The notes beneath the pieces were generated by a model, which did not search any database, was not told the DNA's origin, and saw only the letters and a list, made by a program, of their open reading frames with translations. This document shows, piece by piece, positions 55,292 to 64,000 of a DNA stretch of 64,000 nucleotides. Position 1 is the first letter of the stretch, and every line of letters begins with the position of its first letter. A program made the translations under genes and the position numbers. The stretch spans positions 1,123 through 65,122 of the forward strand of contig NZ_DATMTD010000115.1 in NCBI RefSeq assembly GCF_035565035.1. Direction: 5' to 3'. The DNA comes from Oxalicibacterium sp. (GTDB lineage Bacteria; Pseudomonadota; Gammaproteobacteria; Burkholderiales; Burkholderiaceae_D).

Positions 55292-56062
55292 ATGGCAAAA
55301 ATTTTCTGCGTCGCGAATCAAAAGGGAGGCGTCGGCAAGACCACTACGGCAGTCAATCTGGCAGCGGGTTTGGCACAATTGAATCAGCGTGTCTTGCTGG
55401 TCGATCTCGATCCGCAGGGCAATGCAACAATGGGTGCGGGCATCAACAAGGCCGAACTGAAATCGTCGATCTATGAAGTGATGCTCGGCATGGCGGATGT
55501 GACTGCCGCGCGCGTGACATCGGAGACCGGCAAGTTCGACGTGTTGCCGGCAAACCGCGAACTCGCAGGCGCCGAGGTGGAAATGGTGGAACTCGAGAAT
55601 CGCGAAAATCGTCTGAAGGATGCGTTGTCCGCGGTCGATGCCGGTTACGATTTCATGCTGATCGATTGTCCCCCAGCGTTGTCGATGCTGACGCTGAACG
55701 GACTGTGTGCAGCGCACGGCGTGATCATTCCGATGCAGTGCGAATACTATGCGCTGGAGGGCTTGTCCGATCTCGTCAACACGATCAAGAAAGTGCATGC
55801 AAAGCTGAATCCGGACCTGAAGATCATCGGCCTGTTGCGCGTGATGTTCGATCCGCGCATGACCTTGTCACAGCAAGTGTCGCTGCAACTGGAACAGCAT
55901 TTCGGCGACAAGGTATTCAAGACGATCATCCCGCGCAATGTGCGACTGGCCGAAGCGCCGTCATACGGCATGCCGGGAATCAATTTCGATCCGGCGTCCA
56001 AGGGTGCGCAGGCCTATCTGGCGTTCGGCGCCGAAATGGTCGAACGCATCAAGGCGATTTGA
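55292..56062 (+). CDS. parA: Chromosome partition ATPase ParA/Soj
   Basis: NQKGGVGKTT, DLDPQGN, DCPP, IPRNVRLAEAPS. Confidence 0.96.
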   Translation: MAKIFCVANQKGGVGKTTTAVNLAAGLAQLNQRVLLVDLDPQGNATMGAGINKAELKSSIYEVMLGMADVTAARVTSETGKFDVLPANRELAGAEVEMVELENRENRLKDALSAVDAGYDFMLIDCPPALSMLTLNGLCAAHGVIIPMQCEYYALEGLSDLVNTIKKVHAKLNPDLKIIGLLRVMFDPRMTLSQQVSLQLEQHFGDKVFKTIIPRNVRLAEAPSYGMPGINFDPASKGAQAYLAFGAEMVERIKAI

Positions 56063-56123
56063 AAACAAATGTGTGGTGTGCGGCGAAGTCGCATGTCACC
56101 AATCGATAGGCAATAAGCGAAAC

Positions 56124-57014
56124 ATGGTTACGAAAAAACAAAAAGGCCTGGGCCGCGGCCTGGATGCATTGCTCGGCGGTTCCAGCGATTTCAATGAAGC
56201 CGTTGCCGCGATTCCCGGCGCACCGACGACGTTGCAGGTGGCCGACATGCAGGCCGGTAAATATCAGCCGCGCACGCGCATGGATGAAGGTGCGTTGAAT
56301 GAACTCGCTGCGTCGATCAAGGCGCAGGGTTTGCTGCAGGCAATTCTTGTGCGTCCTATTGCGCCGGTCAACGGCAAGCCGCGTTATGAAATCATCGCCG
56401 GTGAACGTCGCTTCCGCGCCGCCCAGATCGCCGGTCTGACAGAAGTGCCGGTGCTGGTGAAAGAGGTCGACGACGAAGCCACGGCCGCGATGGCGCTGAT
56501 TGAAAATATCCAGCGCGAAGATCTGAACCCTCTGGAAGAAGCGCAAGGCATTCACCGCCTGATCGCCGACTTCAATTTCACGCATGAACAGGCTGCCACG
56601 GCCGTCGGTCGTTCGCGCAGCGCCGTTTCCAATTTGTTGCGTCTGCTGAATCTGGCGAAACCGGTCCAGACCATGTTAATGGCAGGCGATATCGATATGG
56701 GCCATGCGCGTGCGTTGCTGTCGGTGGATTCCGCAACGCAGATTTCGCTGGCCAACCAGATCGTTGCCAAACGTATGTCGGTCCGCGAAGCCGAAAAACT
56801 CGTCGTGCGCTCGACGCTGGACCAGGGCGGTGCCAAACCGAAAGCCGGCAAGGAAAAGTCACGTGATATTGCCCGGCTGGAAGAAGAGTTGTCGGATACG
56901 CTGGCCACCCAGGTTGCCATCAAACTCGGCGCAAAAAATCGTGGTCAATTGATCATCGATTTCGCCGATCTCGATGCACTTGACGGGGTGATTGCCAGAT
57001 TGCGTGCTGCCTGA
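56124..57014 (+). CDS. parB: Chromosome partition protein ParB
   Basis: KGLGRGLDALL, YQPR, IIAGERRFRA, ENIQREDLN. Confidence 0.96.
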   Translation: MVTKKQKGLGRGLDALLGGSSDFNEAVAAIPGAPTTLQVADMQAGKYQPRTRMDEGALNELAASIKAQGLLQAILVRPIAPVNGKPRYEIIAGERRFRAAQIAGLTEVPVLVKEVDDEATAAMALIENIQREDLNPLEEAQGIHRLIADFNFTHEQAATAVGRSRSAVSNLLRLLNLAKPVQTMLMAGDIDMGHARALLSVDSATQISLANQIVAKRMSVREAEKLVVRSTLDQGGAKPKAGKEKSRDIARLEEELSDTLATQVAIKLGAKNRGQLIIDFADLDALDGVIARLRAA

Positions 57015-57175
57015 CCTGCGTTTTTATTAGGGGCGGTCGGTATGTTGTCAAAACGAAAGCATTCGACCAAGTCAATCCCGTTGCAACGTTGCAGATGAAT
57101 TTATAAAGCAAAACAATCCGTTTGTCGATGCGGGAAAACCCGAAATATTCATCGGGATTTCAGGAACCAAACCGT

Positions 57176-57205
57176 TTGACGCTTCCTTAATAAAGCCCTT
57201 ATAAT
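57176..57205 (+). promoter_or_regulatory. Sigma70 promoter upstream of the atp operon
   Basis: TTGACG, 18 bp, TATAAT. Confidence 0.65.
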
Positions 57206-57305
57206 CCCGTGGCTTCATGGAACGCACGACTTAGTTAGTATTCACCCCGGCTCCGAAACGGCCCGATCGAAACAAGATCGCCTGGAGCTGCACCATCTGG
57301 AACGT

Positions 57306-57644
57306 ATGCTGCCCGTCGTCCTCCTGCAACTCGCGGCTACTGTGATCACGAGTCTGATTGCAGGTTTGATTGCTGGAATGCCGGCATTTTATTCGGCGCT
57401 GTTGGGTGGGTTGTGCTGCGTGGTGCCGAACGGTCTGTTTGCGCTACGCCTATTTTCCGCTGCGCAAAAATCCAAGTCCGTCAACCCGATGACATTTTTC
57501 ATCGGTGAATTTGTCAAGATTGCTTTGACGATTGCCTTGTTGTGGGCAGTCGTCCGGTTGTACCACGATCTGAATGTGTTTGCGCTGATCGCCGCATTCG
57601 CCGTGGCATTGAAAAGTTACATCATCTTATTATTTAGGCACTGA
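57306..57644 (+). CDS. atpI: ATP synthase protein I
   Basis: Hydrophobic 112 aa, SALLGG..VPNGLFA, GEFVKI; first gene of the atp cluster. Confidence 0.8.
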   Translation: MLPVVLLQLAATVITSLIAGLIAGMPAFYSALLGGLCCVVPNGLFALRLFSAAQKSKSVNPMTFFIGEFVKIALTIALLWAVVRLYHDLNVFALIAAFAVALKSYIILLFRH

Positions 57645-57646
57645 AC

Positions 57647-58489
57647 ATGGCGACTGAAATGGCTACAGCAGGTGCGGAGCACCACGCACCGACCGCTTCC
57701 GAATATATCGTCCACCATCTTGGGCATTTTTCGACCCATCATCAAGACAAGATCGTCGATTTTTCGATCATCAATATTGATACGTTGTTCTGGTCCATTT
57801 TTGCCGGTGTGGTTGGCTGCTTCCTGATGTACTGCGCTGCCCGCAAGGCGACGTCCGGCGTGCCGGGCCGTTTCCAGGCTGCTGTCGAAATGGTGGTTGA
57901 AATGGTCGACAACCAGGCCAAATCGATTGTTCACGGCGACCGTACCTTTATCGCACCACTGGCTCTGACGGTTTTCGTCTGGGTTGCATTGATGAACTCG
58001 CTGGACTTCCTGCCGGTTGACATGTTCTCCGCATTTTTCCATGCAGTTGGTCTGGACAGCGTGATCTCGCATCACCGTGTCGTGCCGACGGCCGACCTGA
58101 ACGGCACGATGGGCATTGCGCTCGGCGTGTTCGCGCTGATGATCTATTACAACTTCAAGATCAAGGGTGCCGGCGGCTTCATTCACGAGCTGTTCGCCGC
58201 ACCGTTCGGTATCTGGCTGGCGCCGTTCAACCTGTTGTTGAACATCATCGAATTCGCAGCAAAAACCGTATCGCTCGCGATGCGACTTTTCGGCAACATG
58301 TACGCTGGCGAATTGCTGTTCCTGTTGATCGCATTGCTGGGTTCGACCGCGACCGCGTTCGGCTTCTTCGGCCATGTGCTGGCAGGTTCGTTGTGGGCAA
58401 TCTTCCACATCCTGATCGTTTTCCTGCAGGCATTCATTTTCATGATGCTGACGCTGGTGTACATCGGCCAGGCGCACGAAGGCCACTAA
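57647..58489 (+). CDS. atpB: F0 subunit a
   Basis: [36 protein letters not shown]. Confidence 0.97.
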   Translation: MATEMATAGAEHHAPTASEYIVHHLGHFSTHHQDKIVDFSIINIDTLFWSIFAGVVGCFLMYCAARKATSGVPGRFQAAVEMVVEMVDNQAKSIVHGDRTFIAPLALTVFVWVALMNSLDFLPVDMFSAFFHAVGLDSVISHHRVVPTADLNGTMGIALGVFALMIYYNFKIKGAGGFIHELFAAPFGIWLAPFNLLLNIIEFAAKTVSLAMRLFGNMYAGELLFLLIALLGSTATAFGFFGHVLAGSLWAIFHILIVFLQAFIFMMLTLVYIGQAHEGH

Positions 58490-58538
58490 GATTTTTGAAA
58501 TGCAGTAATTGCAGTTTTGGTTTTAACTTTTGATTTAA

Positions 58539-58805
<267 letters not shown>

Positions 58806-58877
58806 TTCGGTTCTCGTTACCGGTTTCACGCTGAAACACGATTTCGGCAGACACGTTAATTTGAGAAGGAAATAACC

Positions 58878-59348
58878 ATGAACTTAAATGCAACCCTGAT
58901 TGCGCAGTTCGTGGTCTTCTTCATCCTCGCCGGCTTCACGATGAAATTCGTGTGGCCTCCGCTGATGAATGCGCTCGATGAGCGCGCCAAGAAGATCGCG
59001 GACGGTTTGGCTGCTGCCGAACGTGGCAAGTCGGATCTGGCTGCCGCTGAAAAGCGCGCGCAGGCAGAACTGACTTCTGCGCAGGAAGCCGGACAGAAGC
59101 GTATCAGCGACGCCGAAAAGCGCGGTCTGGGCATCATCGAGGAAGCGAAGAAAACCGCTGCCGAAGAAGCTGCCCGCATCATCGCTGCTGCAAAGGCAGA
59201 CGCAGATCAGCAAGTCACCCAGGTGCGTGAAGCATTGCGTGACCAGGTCGCCACCCTGGCAGTCAAGGGTGCCGAGCAGATTCTGAAGCGCGAAGTCAAT
59301 GCTGCGGTCCACGCCGATCTGTTGAACCAACTGAAAGCCGAGCTGTAA
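58878..59348 (+). CDS. atpF: F0 subunit b
   Basis: [28 protein letters not shown]. Confidence 0.96.
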   Translation: MNLNATLIAQFVVFFILAGFTMKFVWPPLMNALDERAKKIADGLAAAERGKSDLAAAEKRAQAELTSAQEAGQKRISDAEKRGLGIIEEAKKTAAEEAARIIAAAKADADQQVTQVREALRDQVATLAVKGAEQILKREVNAAVHADLLNQLKAEL

Positions 59349-59350
59349 TC

Positions 59351-59884
59351 ATGGCCGAACTTGCAACGATTGCCCGTCCTTACGCCGAAGCCCTGTTCCG
59401 CGTGGCGAAATCCGCCGATCTGAACGCATGGTCGACCCTTGTTTCCGAAATGGCTCAGGTTGCTGCGCATCCCGATGTTTACGCATTGGCGCACAACCCT
59501 AAAGTCTCGGACAAGGATGTCAGCACCACGTTTGTGTCTGCGTTGAAATCCCCCGTTGGCTCAGAAGCGAAAAACTTCATCGACATGCTGGTACAGAACG
59601 ATCGCCTGACGTTGCTGCCGGAAATCGCCGAGCAATTCCACGCATTGAAAAATGCGCAGGAAGGTGCCGCCGATGCCGACATCACGAGCGCCTTCGAAAT
59701 GTCGCCGTCGCAAGTCACGGAGTTGGTCGCGACGCTGGAAAAGAAATTCGGCCGCAAGCTTAATCCGACCGTCGCTGTAGACAGCGCATTGATCGGTGGC
59801 GTGCGCGTCGTTGTCGGCGATGAAGTGCTCGATACCTCGGTGCGCGCGAAGCTGCAACAGATGCATGTTGCGCTGACCGCATAA
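59351..59884 (+). CDS. atpH: F1 subunit delta
   Basis: [26 protein letters not shown]. Confidence 0.96.
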   Translation: MAELATIARPYAEALFRVAKSADLNAWSTLVSEMAQVAAHPDVYALAHNPKVSDKDVSTTFVSALKSPVGSEAKNFIDMLVQNDRLTLLPEIAEQFHALKNAQEGAADADITSAFEMSPSQVTELVATLEKKFGRKLNPTVAVDSALIGGVRVVVGDEVLDTSVRAKLQQMHVALTA

Positions 59885-59927
59885 TCGTCCGTGCCCTCAA
59901 GCTACAGAGAAAATTTTAGGAGTTTAT

Positions 59928-61463
59928 ATGCAACTCAACCCGTCTGAAATCAGCGAACTGATCAAGAGCCGGATTCAAGGGCTCGGCGACAACGCTGAGA
60001 TTCGCAATCAGGGCACGGTCATCTCCGTGTCCGACGGTATCTGCCGCATTCACGGTCTGTCCGACGTCATGCAAGGCGAGATGCTGGAATTCCCGGGTAA
60101 CACGTTCGGCCTCGCGCTGAACCTGGAACGCGACTCCGTCGGCGCCGTTATTCTGGGTGAATACGAGCACATTTCCGAAGGCGATACGGTCAAGTGCACC
60201 GGCCGCATTCTGGAAGTGCCGGTCGGTCCTGAACTGCGCGGCCGTGTGGTTAATGCGCTGGGTCAGCCTATCGACGGCAAAGGTCCTGTCAATGCCAAGT
60301 TGAGCGCACCGATCGAGAAAATCGCACCGGGCGTTATTGCACGTCAATCCGTTGACCAGCCAATGCAAACCGGTATCAAGGCAATTGACGCCATGGTGCC
60401 GATCGGTCGCGGTCAGCGCGAACTGATCATTGGCGATCGTCAAACCGGTAAATCCGCTGTGGCCGTTGATGCGATCATCAACCAAAAAGGCCAGGGCGTT
60501 ACCTGTATCTACGTTGCAATCGGTCAGAAAGCTTCGTCGATCAAGAACATCGTGCGTTCACTGGAACAGCACGGCGCGATGGAATACACGATCGTCGTTG
60601 CAGCATCGGCATCGGAATCGGCTGCAATGCAGTTCGTCTCCGCCTACTCCGGTTGCGCAATGGGCGAATACTTCCGCGACCGCGGTGAAGACGCGCTGAT
60701 CGTCTATGACGATCTGTCGAAGCAAGCCGTTGCGTACCGTCAGGTTTCGCTGCTGCTGCGCCGTCCACCAGGCCGTGAAGCGTTCCCTGGCGACGTGTTC
60801 TATCTCCACAGCCGTCTGCTCGAACGCGCAGCACGCGTCAACGCCGATTACGTCGAAGCTTTCACCAAAGGTGAAGTCAAAGGCAAAACCGGTTCGCTGA
60901 CCGCACTGCCGATCATCGAAACGCAAGCCGGCGACGTTTCCGCATTCGTTCCGACCAACGTGATTTCGATTACCGACGGTCAGATCTTCCTGGAAACCAA
61001 CCTGTTCAACTCCGGTATCCGTCCTGCAATTAACGCAGGTATCTCGGTGTCGCGCGTTGGTGGTGCTGCTCAGACCAAGGTCATCAAAGGCCTGTCCGGC
61101 GGTATCCGTACCGACTTGGCGCAGTACCGTGAACTGGCAGCATTTGCGCAGTTTGCTTCCGATTTGGATGCAGCAACCCGCAAGCAGCTGGATCGTGGTG
61201 CACGTGTGACCGAACTGCTGAAGCAAGGTCAGTACGCACCGTTGTCGATTTCGCTGATGGCTGTTTCGCTGTTCGCCGTCAACAAGGGCTACTTCGATGA
61301 CATCGAAGTCAAGAAAGTGCTCGCGTTTGAATCGGGTCTGCACGGTTTCATGAAGTCCAGCCACGCAGCATTGCTGCAGAAGATCGAAGACACCAAGAAG
61401 CTCGAGAAAGACGACGAAGCTGCATTGGCTGCCGCGATTGCTGATTTCAAAAAATCGTTCTGA
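59928..61463 (+). CDS. atpA: F1 subunit alpha
   Basis: [40 protein letters not shown]. Confidence 0.98.
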   Translation: MQLNPSEISELIKSRIQGLGDNAEIRNQGTVISVSDGICRIHGLSDVMQGEMLEFPGNTFGLALNLERDSVGAVILGEYEHISEGDTVKCTGRILEVPVGPELRGRVVNALGQPIDGKGPVNAKLSAPIEKIAPGVIARQSVDQPMQTGIKAIDAMVPIGRGQRELIIGDRQTGKSAVAVDAIINQKGQGVTCIYVAIGQKASSIKNIVRSLEQHGAMEYTIVVAASASESAAMQFVSAYSGCAMGEYFRDRGEDALIVYDDLSKQAVAYRQVSLLLRRPPGREAFPGDVFYLHSRLLERAARVNADYVEAFTKGEVKGKTGSLTALPIIETQAGDVSAFVPTNVISITDGQIFLETNLFNSGIRPAINAGISVSRVGGAAQTKVIKGLSGGIRTDLAQYRELAAFAQFASDLDAATRKQLDRGARVTELLKQGQYAPLSISLMAVSLFAVNKGYFDDIEVKKVLAFESGLHGFMKSSHAALLQKIEDTKKLEKDDEAALAAAIADFKKSF

Positions 61464-61491
61464 TCTTTGGGGCTATAAGGAGTAACAACTC

Positions 61492-62361
61492 ATGGCTTCA
61501 GGCAAAGAGATACGTGGCAAGATCAAGAGCGTAGAAAATACGAAGAAGATCACCAAGGCGATGGAAATGGTCGCTGCATCCAAAATGCGCAAGGCGCAGG
61601 ACCGGATGCATGCGGCTCGTCCATACAGCGACAAGATTCGCAATATCACTGCCAACCTGTCGCAAGCCAATCCGGAATACACGCATCCGTTCCTGGTGAA
61701 ATCGGACCTGTCGAAAACGGTGGGTTTCATCATCGTGACGACCGACAAGGGTTTGTGTGGCGGCATGAACACGAACTCGTTGCGCATCGTGACCAGCAAA
61801 CTGCGTGAGCTGGAAGCGCAAGGCAAGAAAGTCGAAACCGTTGCAATCGGCAACAAGGGTCTGGGTTTCCTGAACCGTATCGGCGCGCGTGTCGTGTCGC
61901 ATGCGGTGCAAATCGGTGACACCCCGCACCTGGACAAGCTGATTGGCCCGGTCAAGGTGATGCTCGATGCGTACCAGGACGGCAAGCTGGATGCGGTGTA
62001 CCTCGTGTATACCAAGTTCATCAACACGATGAAGCAGGAGCCGATGATGGAGCAGTTGCTGCCATTGGCTGCTGACAAGTTGACGGCAGATGCAGATTCG
62101 CTGGCATGGGATTACATCTACGAGCCGGACGCACAAACCGTGATCGATGAACTGCTGGTGCGCTACGTTGAAGCGCTGATTTTCCAGGCAGTGGCCGAAA
62201 ACCTCGCGTCCGAGCAATCGGCTCGCATGGTGGCGATGAAGTCGGCAAGCGACAATGCCGGCAGCGTGATTGGTGAACTGAAGCTCGTCTACAACAAGAC
62301 GCGTCAGGCTGCGATCACGAAGGAACTGTCGGAAATCGTTGCCGGTGCGGCTGCGGTTTAA
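61492..62361 (+). CDS. atpG: F1 subunit gamma
   Basis: [38 protein letters not shown]. Confidence 0.98.
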   Translation: MASGKEIRGKIKSVENTKKITKAMEMVAASKMRKAQDRMHAARPYSDKIRNITANLSQANPEYTHPFLVKSDLSKTVGFIIVTTDKGLCGGMNTNSLRIVTSKLRELEAQGKKVETVAIGNKGLGFLNRIGARVVSHAVQIGDTPHLDKLIGPVKVMLDAYQDGKLDAVYLVYTKFINTMKQEPMMEQLLPLAADKLTADADSLAWDYIYEPDAQTVIDELLVRYVEALIFQAVAENLASEQSARMVAMKSASDNAGSVIGELKLVYNKTRQAAITKELSEIVAGAAAV

Positions 62362-62420
62362 TGCGATTGCAGAGCGGTGTCAGCGGAAACGATGCGCTGC
62401 TCTCAACAACCAGATTTTAA

Positions 62421-63845
<1,425 letters not shown>

Positions 63846-63936
63846 TCGTTGAGCCGGCTCGTGCGAAGCAATTCACGCAGCCGGCAGTTCGTATCGGTAC
63901 CATTACCGATCTTTGGACGAATGAAAAGGTTCTAAC

Positions 63937-64000
63937 ATGGCACACACAATGCGCGTAGACGTCGTCTCCGCCGAAGAAGAAATTTTCTCCGGCGAGGCAG
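63937..64000 (+). CDS. atpC: F1 subunit epsilon, 5' part (runs off the window edge)
   Basis: Manual translation MAHTMRVDVVSAEEEIFSGEA. Confidence 0.9.
   Translation, partial: MAHTMRVDVVSAEEEIFSGEA

Noticed and set aside
58823-58837. parS-like GTTTCACGCTGAAAC after atpE
   Set aside because: A one-base insertion breaks the 16-bp spacing; more likely an intercistronic mRNA hairpin

Overview
Origin-proximal chromosomal segment of a GC-rich betaproteobacterium, most likely Burkholderiales/Oxalobacteraceae (inferred from protein sequence style, not verified by search). The left end carries the 5' part of dnaA and the rpmH-rnpA-yidD-yidC-mnmE cluster. The right end carries mnmG-rsmG-(lipocalin)-parA-parB and the atp operon. 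About 47 kb between them holds accessory and metabolic genes with no mobility genes: monomeric icd, LpxO-like hydroxylase, an orphan Lar-like gene, a fluoride riboswitch with a CLC-F exporter, a cytoplasmic tandem-sensor/CheW fusion, SDRs, and a formate/molybdenum block (Cache histidine kinase, sigma54 response regulator, OFA-family MFS with a small subunit, ModE-modABC, FdsR, fdsGBA-fdhD-fdsD, orphan tupA). It also holds a LysR / repeat mini-protein / anti-Shine-Dalgarno sRNA locus. The clearest non-coding finding is a probable oriC at about 49.26-49.56 kb, 49 kb from dnaA. It combines DnaA-trios, an R1-like box, an IHF site and two opposed 11-bp-phased DnaA-box arrays, and two parS sites lie 1.6-2.4 kb away. 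All family assignments come from motif recognition by eye; no searches or computations were run.
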